Translations under genes and position numbers: made by a program
In this document: piece after piece, positions 38,401 to 53,400 of the stretch
How positions within the stretch are numbered: the first letter of the stretch is position 1
Layout of the letters: every line of letters starts with the position of its first letter
NCBI GenBank assembly: GCA_977020255.1
Contig: CDROCS010001417.1
Span: 310,001-374,000 of the forward strand
Direction of reading: 5' to 3'
From: Obrimoposthia wandeli
Lineage: Eukaryota
DNA: 64,000 nt
The notes under the pieces: generated by a model
The model's input: only the letters and a program-made list of their open reading frames with translations
Told to the model about the DNA's origin: nothing
The model's database searches: none

Positions 38401-41400
38401 GTGGTGTGGTGTGGTGTGGTGTGGTGTGGTGTGGTGGTAGTTAGTGATATACACGAGAGCGAGACATTCGCACATCACCCAAGCTGGTCTGTGACATATA
38501 TGAGAGCGAGACATCCGCACATCGCCAAGCTAGTCTGTGACATATATGAGAGCGAGACATCCGCACATCGCCAAGCTAGTCTGTGACATATATGAGAGCG
38601 ATACATCCGCACATCGCCAAGCTAGTCTGTGACATATATGAGAGCGAGACATCCGCACATCGCCAAGCTAGTCTGTGACCTATATCAGTCCCGAGCCCTT
38701 CGCGCTAAAAGGCGCGAAAAATTTTGAGGGGGTAGGACCCCTCCCTTGTCCTTTAAAACCGTGCATGTGTGTGGAGTGAATTTTTACTCCACACACCTAC
38801 ACGAAATTTCACTCCTCACACATGCACGGTTTTAAAGGACAAGGGTGAGGGGGTGTGGATTAGACCGGACACATCCACCTACTAGTATACTTTAATTTTA
38901 ATCTAAACTGATTTAGAAGGCTGGATGAAAAAGTTATGAAGCACAGGTTTACATGATGTTTCAATCGCTTTATTTCGGTTACTTAGCTAGTGAAGACCTG
39001 ATAACTTACAATAACATAATTGAGATTAATTGAATATGTTTGAAGACAAACTTATTCCTACATATCTTATTTATTCAAAATGCTCGTCGCCATCTTCAAA
39101 TATTATTTCATTTACTAATCAAAAGTGTCACATACAATTTACCGATTGTCCAACTAAACACCAACACGTATCAAACAAGACAGTAAAATGTATTTATAAT
39201 CATTTGTAGTCTGATTGGCCAATTTTGATTTTCAAATTATTATAATTCAGCAGACTATTATTTATCAGCAGTACTTTTGAACGTTTTATTTTGAAAAGTA
39301 GAGGATAGTTAGCTTATACATTTCTTTTCAGAAAGTCACAAGCAGGTGCAAATTAAAACATTCGGAAATTGGATCAACGGTCAATTTGCTAAGGTAACAA
39401 AGTGTGTTATTTGAATAGGACAACTGTTTTTATCAAAGTTTGAATACATAAGTGAGAAATATCACCTCTATATTATTATTTTAGTATTTTTTAGCATTTA
39501 AAAAAATTATTTTGCATCTCTCCTACTTAAAGCATGTTGTGTGCAGAGATGTGGCGATATAAGATTGGAAAATGAATGGCAATTTATTGAGTAAAACAAA
39601 AACGAAGCATACTAATAATTAATTTAACACTGAGAATTAGTGAACTGCCGAAAGAAAAGAAAGTTCCACCAGCAGACATATCTCGAGGAGATAGTGCACT
39701 TTGTTTTGAGATCAGTTTGGCATTTGCCGAGTAATTAGAAGAAACAGTAATCCATACCATTTTTACAGTAAACCATTCCTAACTTTTGTCAGTTTCAATT
39801 CAAATATTCGATAAATATTTTTGTTTCCTAGTAAACAACATTGAATAAAATATAGTTTCATTGAATATGTAGTTGCATTTAGTTCTAGAACTATCTAATC
39901 AATCTCTATTCAGAGTATATCAACCGTGTGAGCTAATGAAGAAAATACTATTTCCTAGTACAGTTAGATGCAAAATTTTGAGGCGCATTGCATAATTTAT
40001 TATATAAGGAGTTAAAATTTCTGTATAGAAAAATTCGTTAAATATTTCATGTATTTATAAAGAAAAGTTAATTCTGAAATGTAAGTTCATATATTTTAAT
40101 TTTATCTCGAATTTTTATCAACTCATCTGCATTACGTTTAAAAGTTATTAGTTAAATTTAATTTTTAATAATATTTAAGTGAAAGAATAATGTAGATAAC
40201 TTTGGAAGCTATTTTAAATATGCGATATATTTCAAAATTGCGATATATTTCAAAATTGCTTTATAAAGTATTATATATTACGATATAATGTGTATGAATA
40301 ATTTTAATAACATTTTATTCAATATATTTCATTTAATAATAAATTCACTAGAGAAGAAATATCACAAAAAATTATTCAAATATAACTAATATTAACAAGA
40401 AAATAAATCCAACTGGGCACCTCTGAATATTAAAATCACTAAATATAAATAAGGGTAAATATTTTTAAGATATCATTTTATCATTCATAACTAAATACAT
40501 GTAAAAACTGAAACTTTGAACTAAAAGTTCAGGTTAATTTTGTTTCAATGCTCTTAAATAGTCAAATTTTCAAAGAAAACATCTTTAGAAAATTTTATTT
40601 CTCATAAATATGTATATAAGTTATATTAATGAAAATGTTTAACTAATTTTTTATATCAAAAAGTAAAGTTAATAATTATAATGTATTTTCGATTCATTTG
40701 ATGTTCAATCTCAACATTGCATTTAACCTAAATACATTTTGAAAATAACTTAAATAAGCATATACTTCAAAAGATTTCAAACTTAAAAGAAAATCATTTT
40801 AGTTTGTAGTAAAAGTTAATTTAATATTTATTAGTCCATAAAGTAAAATAAATTAATTAACTTTTATCATATGTTTATGAATAAATACAGGCAATATTTA
40901 AAATTTGTATTAACGACAATATTTTATATTTGAATTCATATCAACCTATTTATGCAATTTCATAAGGTTCAAACAAATAATGCACAATATAATGAAAATT
41001 GTAGATTAATAATTTTAATACTGATGACAACTATAGAGAAATTCATATATAAAATGATAAAAATTATTTGAATATAAAGAAAATTTGTCATTTTGAGTCA
41101 AAAATGTTTCCTTGTGAGAATTAAAAGACAATAAAATGCTCATAGAAGTTATTTCCTTTCATAAGAAAATGTTCATTAGATATTTTAAAGAACCGATAAT
41201 AAATTATTATTACTATTTTATACATATATTTATAAGTAATATTATACTTATTTTACAAACCATTTGAAGTAAAAATGTAATGAATAAACAACTGTACCTT
41301 TGATTTGTTTAACTTATGTTTTATAATAACTACCTAAAATGCCACATAACAACGTGTTATATTTTATACTACACATGGTATATATTTTATTCAGGCTAAA

Positions 41401-44400
41401 TCCCCGCACCGTATTCGAGAGTTAGTTCTAGATATTCAGGACGGAACAATCCTCATTTATCTCCTGGAGATTCTGTACGGCAGTAAAATTGTAAATTTAA
41501 TTTGATTATTTTCACTTTCCCAATTGTCTGAAACAAGCTAGAGTTATAGTACACTTTATTTTGATACTTCATAGTCAATTGGATACAAATTGTTCGTACA
41601 TACATCTATTCGTATCTATGATGCTTAACACATGTCGTTGAAAGTTGTAGCAATTCACTTGTTGACATGTGCATTTCGTTTGGTTTACAAATACAAGTCA
41701 AATATAGTTCTCAATAAACGCCAATTCAGTTGAAGTTATTACATTTATATTATGGAGTTTTTAACTTTATCAAACTATACCATACAAAAAAATCTTTTCA
41801 ATAATGAATTGCACCCATTTTTTGATAGCAAAAGAAGCAATTAGTTTTTTCCCCATTACATTAACATTTGAAAAAGTACGTCATGCTCAGAGGCAGCACT
41901 AGCAAAACTCGCGTCTAGGCTACAACAAAAGGGTACACATTTATAAAGAAAATTGTATCCATGAAGAAACCAATCGAACCAGCCTTAGACAGAAGCAGTT
42001 CTCCTCTATCCCTAGTTCTTAAGCTGTTCCTGCTCATCATACTTTTTCATAAAAAGGAAATTTCTTTCCTTGAATAATTTCAGGTTTTACTCTAATCACA
42101 AATTAAAATTTTATGTAGTTTAATATTTCATATTTGGTTTGATATAAAATTATCGGTGTAAAATAGAAATCAAAAAGGACAAATAATCGTAATTTTATAT
42201 TATTAATTTTTTGTACTTTGATGAGCTTTGTAATTAGCAAATAAAAAATAATTTTTATCTTCAATTTGATGTTTGTGTTTAATTGATGATTTTTAAATGC
42301 ATGTTATGTATGGATTTTATCATACTTACTTCAATTCTTTAAGCAAATATGATCTGTTTGCAGAAAAAGGAAAATCCTAGAATAATGCAAAGGATACATT
42401 TTATTCAAAATATCGAATCATCGCTGACATTTCTCAAAATCGAACGAAAGGTGATATTTATTTGAAAAATGGATATTTTTAAATATTTTATTTGATACGA
42501 TAATTTGCTTTTGCAAAAGAATCGAAAGCTTCAGATTTAAATTGATTATTTGTAATGTTTTCCGGTACTTAAAGATATAACTTATAACATATGTCAAACA
42601 ATACACAGACAGAAAAGATTTCTTAATATAATTAAGAAATTAAACATTTATTTCAGATCAAGCTGGTAAATATCAATGCCTCCGATATAGTGGATGGAAA
42701 TACTTCCATAACGTTGGGATTAATTTGGATGATTATTCTCGATCACCAGGTAAGCCTTACTTTAAGCTGTAATAAGCACTCTTTTTTTTTACAAATTTAT
42801 TGTAACTATTAATAACTGAACACTTTTATTTTATGTAATCTTGCATTTAATGAAACTAAGAAATATTTTCTTTACTAAAATTGTAAATTTAATTTAAAGC
42901 AAAACTTGTTTTAGAATACATAAAATTAATTATCAATACTTAAAATATATTAAACATTTTGTTTCAAACATTTTAATTAAATTTATACAATTTTAAAATA
43001 GTCATAAAATTAGAAGTTTTCACAAATTATACAATTTTAGATGCGTATATATAGTTATAAACATATTTATATTACAATAAGGCAGGATACATTTTTGACA
43101 CATGGACTATTTTTATTAGCTGCTTATTTAACAGTATTTGGTGCAGTCAGAAAAACTTAAATTTTAGAATCATACGATTATTAATATTACAATATAATAT
43201 TAATTGATTTAAAATAAAACAATATTGTTCGGTTTTTAATTATTCAGACATGTAATACGAAAATCAATAGAACAAATTGTTAGAGAAATTTTTTAAATGG
43301 TGAAAAAATGTTGAAATTTTTAACTATTACGTGACTTTTGACTTGCTTTAAAATTAATTAAATTTTGCACTTACTACAAGAAATGATACAGTTTGTTTAT
43401 TTAGTTATTATGTCAAGAATATGCGGCACAAATATTTTTCCTTCAAATTTTATTAATGTTTATTGCACTATTTCTGTTGCTTCTTTTTTCCAAGATAAGT
43501 GTCTGTTAATGTCATTTGCTTTTCAGCTTTAATATTTTCTATCAAAGAAAATATATATTCATACTTGAAGGTATTTCCAAGCAGTGGTACATTTTTATGG
43601 AATATTTACAAAGACTTCTTTATTTAAATACTCTTTATAAATCGCTAGCATTCTCACTGCTTACAACAGAGCTGCGACTCCATTAAATCGGTCTTTTGTT
43701 GTTATTTTTGGATACGATTTTTTCTGTAAACGTTAACTTAATCCTTATAAGACTGAGCGCAGGGAATGAAGTCGTGCACCGCGTTTTCAAACATCACAGC
43801 TTTTAGTATTTTTTCATTTTTCAATTATATTAACTAGGTATTAGATTGATAATTAAACCAAACTAAGCTGACACAAAAGACTGTTCTTTAGATAGACGGA
43901 AGCTATCTCAGCTACATAGAACCTGGACCCCCAACCCCTGATATCCTGGCTATGTCCGTGTCAAAAACCACAAATTTGGCCTCATCAACATCAGAAAGAC
44001 CCAGAGCTTCTACAGCAACAGCAAAACCAAAATCGGTACCTTTTGTATCCCCACGAAAAAGAATGATGATTACTACAAACAGCATTCTGAACAAGTTTGT
44101 TTTATTTTTGTGTACTTCTGAGATCACAACTTAGTAAAAGAATTGTTATGTACTATATTATTTAAAAAATAGTTAACGTTGTTTATAATAATCAGTAGTT
44201 TCAATATGAAATTTTGCTTATAAAACATTCCGAATAAATTAATTTAATATTTACAGTGGCTACAACTTAAAAGTGAAAGATTTCGGTCCGTCTTGGAGAG
44301 ATGGATTTGTATTCAATGCGATAATCCACAGTATGGACTCCGATCTCATAGATATGGAACGAATTCAGGCTTTGTCAAACTATGAACGACTCGACAATGC

Positions 44401-47400
44401 CTTCACAACTGCTGAAGAGGCATTTGATATTCCAAAAATCCTGGATCCTACAGGTAATTGTATAAATAATTTTTTAAATGTCATATTACTAACTATTTTA
44501 CGTAGTCTATTATTATTATTTTTCATTTTTCACTTTATCCTTGTAAATTGACTTAGATGTCGACGTTCCTGATCCAGATGAGAAATCAATAATGACATAC
44601 GCATCACAGCTGCTCAAATATCGTGCTTCAGCCCCAGCGTCAAAGAAAACGGACGAGAAAGGTTCAGACGTCCCCAATCCGGATTCTACGAAACAACTCG
44701 ACCAAGAAATTATTCCCAAAGTAGACTATTTAACTCATTTCTGCAAATGACTCTAACTCAGGGATGGCGCACCTGTTTTGCGCCATGGATCGCATGGTTT
44801 GCATAAAACATGCACCTATGCATTCCTAAATACAAATATTTATGACTTCAAAAATACTAAGAACCGTTTTAGTGTCTTCTCTGTGGAAGACTCGATGTAG
44901 CAATGAGCTGATTGTTCGAGTCTGTAATCTTTATGCATTGACTAGATTTCACTGCTTAACTCGAGAAAAACGTTGTTCACTTATGTAGGTAGTGCATACG
45001 AAGACAGCAATATCTGGGAACCCTTCTTGGGATAAAATATGTATGTCACTGACCTTGTCCATTGGCAAGTAGTCCGGTAGTATTGTAACATCCCCATTTA
45101 ACGGTGGTGTGAAAAGTTGAAATAGACAATTCCGGATATGGAAATCCTGAAATTCCATACCAAATTCCTGTAACAAGCAGTACAGAACTTCACAAATGTG
45201 CACAGTTATAATTTTGCAGCTGATGGTCCCATAAGTGAGGTTTCGTAGAAAAAACTTTCAAATGATCACATGTGAGATGATTGACTTCTCTATCAGTCTA
45301 TTAGTATGCGCGGCTTATATTCGCTTTCCTCGCTGAATGCTTACTCACAAGGGAAGGCTTCAAACTTGAACACTCAAAATTGAATGAAATATAGCTCATA
45401 TTTACATATTGGTAAAACAAATATATATTCATTCGAGTTTTTTTCGTGTGAGTTCAAAAACAAGTCCGTATATTTACAAAAGAGATGCTAAAGTGTTTGA
45501 TTTGTAAGTTATGAAAAATCCAATATTGGGAGAAAAATAAAATAATCTTATTATAAAATATATCTAAAATATGAACTTCTTAGTTTTAAATTTTATTTAA
45601 ATAGCAACTATTAAAAAATATTTGAAAACATAAATGTCAGAATTTAAAATTTCTAAATATATTTAAAATAAATAAGATTTTCTAAATAATATGGAAAATT
45701 TAATGTAATATTCTTTACACATTTTCTATTTATTATTTTAATTTGCTAATTTAATTAATAGTTAGGCACTTTAATTATTTATTCATATTATATTATATTT
45801 TTCGAATTTAATCATTAGTGAAAGCATAAATAAAATTATTATTTTACAGCATAAATTTAAAACTTTAATAGATCGTATAAAATGAACAAAATCATTTAAA
45901 AAATTGATTTTAAATCAACTATTTGTGTAGAAAGAAAATTTTCACAATATTTGTTATTCACATATTATATTTATTGTTAGGTCTGTATAATAATTAAAAT
46001 TATATTCAACACCAAAATCTTCCGTCCTATTTCTGTGGTCTCTTTTAAGTAAAGCGCGCTGTTCGCAAATGCAGGTAGTTGTGCAATAATATGAAGACAA
46101 TTAGTTACACAATCATACAGGTACAAACATTCAATTAACTAGTTTATTGTGAGATTATAATTATTTACCAAACATTTATTAAATTAATATATGATAAAAT
46201 TAATTAAATGTTTTTCGAAAATATTGAGAGTTTTATTAACTTACAATTGATATATATTTGTTATTTTCGTATATCCATTTTAATCTGTTAATTCGAAGCT
46301 TCTATAATGTAATTTCTTTGTGATTTTATATGGTCCTTCATATCTCATATCTTGTTTATTTCTAACGTCAGTTTTTACCAAAACATTATCATCTATTTCA
46401 AAATTTCTGAAATTGCTTTTTACTTTCATGAGATCTTTCCAATTTTCATTACTATCACTGCTGACTGTGAATAAAAATTATTTAATTTTTTCAAAAGCAA
46501 TTTTAACAGGATTCTAGTTAATTGATGATTGCATTGTAGAGTTCAATGTATATTCAATATTCGGTAGCGCTTCTTCCCAAATTCTGTAAAGCTAATCTTC
46601 TAAACAACATGCAATCCAGTCGCTAATAGTTCTAAATTGACGTTCTACTTGACCATTGGTTTGGTGATGATATGGACTTGAATAATTGATTGTAAAATTA
46701 CTTTTCTTCGCAAGGTCTAACAATAATTTGAATTCAAAACACTTTCCTCTATCTACGTTAATTTTCTTCGGAGCACCAAACTTCAATATCCATTTATCTA
46801 CTAATATATTTATAACAATATTTTAAAATTGAATTCGAACTGACTCTAATACAACATATTTAGAAAATTGATCTATTATAGCCAAAATATTTTTCCATTG
46901 ACTGTAGTCTTAAATGGGCCACAAAAATCTACATATAAACTTTCATATGGCTCATTGGCAGATAATGTTATAACTTTTTCTTTAGTACGTCCTGTATAAG
47001 TCTTTCTTTTCTGACAAATCATACATGATTTAACTATACTTGTCATATTTTCCAAATCTCTCATATAAAAGCTATTTTCAATCTGACTTAATACTTTTTT
47101 CAGCCAGCATGATATAAATCTTTGTGCAATTGACCAACAAAAGCTGACCTCTCTTCTAAAGGGATGTAATTTTTTTTACTACGATAGATAATACCAGAAT
47201 TAATGCTGAACTCACAGTTTTCATTATTGTCAATCTGTTTTCTTATATTAAATATATATTTTAAAACTTTTGTAATTCGTGAATTTTTGATTCTCCTGAT
47301 ATAGATAATATTAAAATATAATCTAAATATTCTAAAGCTTCAGTCCAAATCGTATTTTTTAAGATAATTGTCATTAATTTTTGAAATGTTGAAGGAGCAT

Positions 47401-50400
47401 CTGCAATTCCTAAATGCATTCTGTTGAAGCAATATTGTCCAAACTTCGTAGAGAAAGCTGTTTTATGTTAACATTCTTCATCTAATTCAATCTGATAATA
47501 AGCACTTCTTTAGTCTATTGATGAAAAGTATTTTGCGCCATAGAGTGCTTCAAGCATTTCTTCAACAATAAATTCGGCTTCTTGTCGAATGCTTCTTTAA
47601 GCCTATCTTCATAATTCTTCTGGCCATCTGTTTAGTCATATTTTTCACATTTCTCGGTCATAAATGCTCTAATCAGAATATTTCTTTGGCTGACATCCAG
47701 TGATATCATTTCAAAATATGACCTGATCTTCGGCAGGAACTCTTCAACTTCTTTTGATTCTGTATATTCCTTTGGTTGTGGAATACACTTCACGAGTTCT
47801 TCTATACTCAGCTTCCTTGATTCTTGTTGCGTGGTCGCCATGTTAAGTCTGTATAATAATTCAGATTATATTCAACACCAAAATCTGCCTTCCTCTTTCT
47901 GTGTGCTCTTTTAAGTAAAGCGCGCTGTTCGCAAATGCAGGTAGTTGTGCAATAATATGAAGACAATTAGTTACACAATCATACAGGTACAAACATTCAA
48001 TTAACTAGTTTATTGTGAGATTATAATTATTTACCAAACATTTATTCAATTAATATATGATAAAATTAATTAAATGTTTTCCGTAAATATCAGAGTTTTA
48101 TTAACTTACAATTGATATTGTATATACTACAATATATTTAGGAATTACTTTACTTAAAATCATTGTTAATTTGTTATATTTTTGATAAATTAGATAATTT
48201 TATTAACGTTTTAACTAAATACAGAACTATTTTGAGCTCAAACTGAAAGGGTTTTGTGAGAGAATAATTTATTATTAATCAATCAATGTACAATAAATTG
48301 CTTGACTGGCGTATATTTGCTCTTCTGCATGGCATATTATGTGCATAGTATGTTGGCCACCCAGCTTTAATTACTTATAAAAATGAAAAGAAAATCTTTA
48401 AACTTTGTTATAAAGCAGCATTACAACGTTGGTCAGGCTATTATACATCCCAGATAGGCACCCAAACGTTTACAGTTATAAACAGTGATAATTTGACTAA
48501 ACAATAACAGACGCGCAAAACTCACCCAGAAAAAGGTTACGCCTTGATGAGTGTAATGTTCAAAAGCAGACAGATCATCATTTTTTTTTATTTCCATGTA
48601 AATGCTGGGTAGTCTTGAGAGGAATAACACTCATATAAGTTTAAGGTTATGTTATTACTGTTTTGTCTTTCCAATCATTAAGGCAAATGTATATTTCTTC
48701 AATAATCCTAATCTGATTTATTCATTGAAATAAGGTTAAAATGTGAAATAATCAATGAAACGGTGAATAAAAATTAATCATTAAAATAAAACCAAAATAA
48801 TAAGAATGTCAGCAAAAAATTACAATTCGATATTTTTAATATAAATATTTGACTAAATTCGGTTTGGATAGTGCAGAGCCATAAATCACCGATATTTGCA
48901 TATTTGCATATGACAAAAAAAATTGTTTAATATTTGGTTGTTGCACAAATAATGTCGTTTTTTAATAAATACAAATTCAATATAGAAACACACATATTTT
49001 AAATAAGTAAGTTTATCAAAATAGGATCATTTGAATTTATACAATTTTCTCAACAACCTGTTTGAAAAAATTCTCGATTTCTACATTTGAAGAAGTCGCA
49101 CACCTACGATTTTATACTTTCTATATGATGATATTTCTTCCCATCCATGCTTGAAAATAGAAAAATAGATTGGAGCCATGCTTTGTGAGTATGAAGGATG
49201 TGCAAGGAGATCATAATTTAAGCTACTTATCTTCTTCTGTGTTTGAATCTAAACATGTGGTCAGGCATTATCGTGGAGCAAAATGGTTCTTTCCGATTAG
49301 CAAACTGAATTGTTTTAATAATTTTTTTTTACATATATCAATTTTGTTGCAATATGAGTCTGGATTAATTAAAACGCCCGGGGTCCAATACGATGGTACC
49401 ACTGTTGGGAGGCCGAACATTGGGGTTAATACCTTTTTTAGAACATCCAAGGAAATGAAGGGGCTGAAAAGGTCGTGAGACGTAGTGACAGTTTGACGTT
49501 TTTTTAAAAGTGTGGTAAAATAATGCCTTGATGATTTATTGCTTAAGAACCGTTATTATTCAATTCCCTGTTCAAAATATGCAATGAATGAGGAGATTCA
49601 TTTGGGTGACTGTAACAATGAACAGTTTTCAGAATTTTAAGATAATAACTTTCTGGGTTTTGATGACAACTTTAGTTAACTAATTTATATTTATCTAACT
49701 TTGAATGTTGGATTTTATATTTTAATAAAAGTGAAAAATCACCTCAAAATGACAAAAAAGAGATACAAATGAAAATTTCTTTAAATATATTTGTTAAACA
49801 ACATATATACCCTGTCCCAAAACTATATAGAGATTTTATTATCTCTCATTTCAAAAGTTTAAAGCTATTAAATAATGTAGTTGTTAAAATATTTTATTTT
49901 ATTAAAATTCCATCAAAGATTATTTTGTGAAATATAATTTGTCCCAAAACTATAAAGGCATGAACATGTTAAAAGTGATTTAGATCCCTCAAATCAAAGC
50001 GTAACTGTAAGATATGAACGATTTAATGTAACTTATATATTAGAGAATGTAACGTAAAGGACGAATATTTACATAGTAAGAAAGACAGAAAATAGATTAT
50101 TTACATGATATTGGCAAAACGCTATCGGAAATGGCTTCCATTTGTAAAAGATACCTTTGAAATATATCAAACTAAATAAAGAAACCCATATCGTATGGTT
50201 TAGTGAGAACAAAGGGCGGAAGTTTACACCGTATATTAAATAAGTATATATTAAAATATAGCAAAATTAAAATATAACAAAAGAAAGCTCCTGCTTTTAC
50301 CAAATATCACTAAATGAAGCGTGTAAATGTTGTATAAATACTTTAAAAGATAAGAATACCACACAAAAATATTTTTTTAAAGAATGAAAACAACAAAAAT

Positions 50401-53400
50401 TGTTTCAACGAACCTGTTGGTATACATTGGTAAAAATGTGACCATTTAAAAAAGTATCTTCTGGTTTGGGGTGCCGTTTTTTTATACCGATAAAGTTACA
50501 TTAGATAGAGGTATATTAGAAAATCCATTACCGGATATTTAGATATTTCCTGCAAGATAAGGCTTGTCCACGAACTGCCAAAGCAACGAAGGAAGGTTTT
50601 GGTTGACAACAATCTGAAGTTTTGGCCAGCTAAGTCTCCAGATATACATTATTGAAAACATCTTCGGAATGCTGGTTGTAGAACTATAAAAAGACAAAAA
50701 CGATATTGAAATTCTCCATAGAAACATTTTATACATTGCCGACAAAATACCTGTAAATTCTTTTACAAAGTTGTATGCAAACTTTACGAGTAGAGCTTTT
50801 ACTGTTTTACAGCATAAAGGAGCAAATTAGTAAATAAATTTCGGTTGGTTTTTGGTAATTTACCATATATTTTTGAGAGACTTAGGAACCAATATGTTCT
50901 AATTTTGAACCTTTGTTGAATAAAGCTATCGTAAAAATTTCCCTACGCTTTTATTTCTAAAATAATCATAATTTGACCTTAGAATATGGTAAAAGTTCAA
51001 TGGAATTTCTTGTAATAAATTATTAAAATCGGAATGTCTGGGACGGTATCTATAACTAACATTTATATGGGTAATGTATCCCTAAAGAAATTTTAAATTT
51101 TTTCTAGAGTCCCAAGTCACCAACAAGTATCTATGTTCTTTTGTATTTAAAATAACTGATCACATATTCTATTGTATTACTAGAATTCATCTGATATCAA
51201 ATCTACCGAAATTGAAGCTGAATCGACATTACCAACTTCTAAACAAAATGTAAGAGTAATTTATTGTAGTGCAATTTAAAATTTTCATCCCGTTTATTTA
51301 AGGTTAACTGTGATCCTGAAGCTAAATTTGATGGCGTTAGTTCGCGAAGCATGGATGTGAGTTTATATTTGTTTCTTAACATTTATACTTAACCCTGTGA
51401 GTTACCATTTTATTAGTTATTATTAAGCTTCGAGTTTTCGATCATAAACCAAAATCACCATTGGTTCTTCCTTACGTCTTGAATAATATCATCTTTATAG
51501 TTTGTTGTTGCACTTGATGCTTGAATATTTCTTTTTCTTCCATAAATGATCTGAAACGATGAATCTTTTGAAGAACTATTTACCTTTACATTTAAAGAAA
51601 ATTCAATTTGTGGCAAAATTGTGCCAGGTTTTCCTGTTTTAGTAGACGCTATTGTGGTAACAATCAAATCCCTTACAGTGCGTATAAATCTTTCTGATAT
51701 ACCGTTGATAAAATGTTGAAAGCTCCTGTTCAATACCAAATTTTCATAGCCAATCATGAAAATAATTTCGAGTAAATATTCATCCTCTATCTGTTAAAAT
51801 GCTCTTAGAATATATTCTATTTATCTCGAATGCTTTAGTAATTCTTATTTTATCTTCTGTTGTAGTTGCTGATAATGATACCAGTTTACTAAACCGATCG
51901 ATTACTATCAACATATATTTATGTTTAGATCTTTCTTCCTTCATGATATATATGATTTTTGATTTCTGGGATGCATTATACTATATCGAAAAGTGGTATA
52001 ATATAGTGCATCACAGAACGATCTCCCTACCTATATTTTTACAGTAAACGTTTCAACGTCATACATTACACATTTTAAATTTCAATATATTGTAAATTGA
52101 ATAAAGTTTTACTTTATTTTGTAAAAATCTTTCATTGGAGTTTGGATCGAGTCTAATAATTATTGAAATGAAAATATTAAAAGCCTAAATTGTCTCAAAA
52201 CGATATCACTAGGAGTATTCTATAATTTCCTTATATTGATTATATTAAAATGGATGATATAATAAATGTTAATAGAAAAAAGAATGTTTAAATATTAATA
52301 TTCAATGGATAGCGAAGACGCCCCTCGGGGACAGTTTTCAAATTTTAGGGAGGTGCTCAGAACGAAAGAAGAATTTCAGGAGAACCAGAGTTGAAAAAGG
52401 GTGTTTGGGTTTCAGTGCAGTTATAAACAGTTTAAAAAATAAATTCATCAAAATATTAAGTCATTGCTTTCTAAAAGAAATTATATAATGTATAATTATT
52501 ATATTTAAAGTTAAATATATTTTATTTATATATCATGTGCAATTTATTTAATGGAATAGTTTTTATAATTTTGTTTTATTCGCTAATTATAAAGGGTAAA
52601 TTATAAAAGAAATTCATTGAATGTTAAGTATGTCAGTCAAGAAATGCCGTCAATTTGCAATGGATTATTTGATATTAGGATTTATCAAGTCATCACATAA
52701 TTAGAGTCTCTCGTTGTGTCGTATTTGCAAGTAATCAGTTTCCACCGATGTCAAGCAGACTACGGGAGCACTTGTGTGCTAAGCACTCTGTCAAAACAAT
52801 ATATAATGTAATTTTTCGAAGTCTTTGAGAACAGGTCAATAATTGATCAACAATAGCTAAACTTGTGAAAAAATTCAATGGCTAAACAGAAAATGATCTT
52901 AGTGCTTCTTACATATTTGCACAGATTAATATAAAAAAGGGAAAGTCACAACATCGGTAAAACATTTATTATTCTTGTCCTACGAGAATTTTTCTCAACA
53001 GTGGTGCATCAAGATCCAACTCATATATTAAAAGTGTTTCCCATCAGTGATACTTTTGTTCAGAGGTGAATTAAAAAAAATCCAAGGATCTCAATCAACA
53101 GCTATTCGGGAAAATGTATCTTCAATTAGAGAAGGTTACTTTACCAGATATCTCATATCCACTGTTTGCCGAAAAGCTCATCACATATACTAAATGAGAA
53201 TCCACCTGCAATCTGATGAAATCATCTTTCCACATACATCCAATTCATTTGGAAGACATAAGTACATGTGCAACAGACGCGATACTTTCTACGGTTGGCA
53301 GTTATCGAGGTTTCAACGCTTTTTCGAAAAAAGTAATTCCTGTATACATTGTGTGACTCACATACAACATATCGTTGCCAAACATCTGAGTCCAAAACTG

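Larger units (their letters stand above)
24503..38883. mobile_element. Non-autonomous Polinton/Maverick-like element with very long inverted arms, 14381 bp
   Basis: The left end AGTAGGTGGATGTGTCCGGTCTAATCC is the exact reverse complement of the right end GGATTAGACCGGACACATCCACCTACT. The 6-bp TSD AGTATA lies at 24497-24502 and 38884-38889. Both arms carry Polinton-type polB remnants. Confidence 0.85.
33403..38883 (-). repeat. Right inverted arm (5481 bp)
   Basis: It mirrors the left arm; for example ORF 27608..27826(+) equals ORF 36056..36274(-). It carries a private 34-bp tandem duplication near 37870-37935. Confidence 0.9.

Noticed and set aside
24503-38883. The long palindrome as an assembly fold-back artefact
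   Set aside because: Both flanks are unique and carry a matching 6-bp TSD. Host exons keep the same orientation on both sides. The arms differ in repeat number, point mutations and a non-homologous bubble, and there is a unique core. Read-level confirmation is still advisable.
48433-50760. Possible nested minus-strand gene in an intron (ORFs 48433..48630, 49268..49450, 50539..50745)
   Set aside because: I could not link them by compatible splice sites, the alternative frames have stops, and no homology was recognised.
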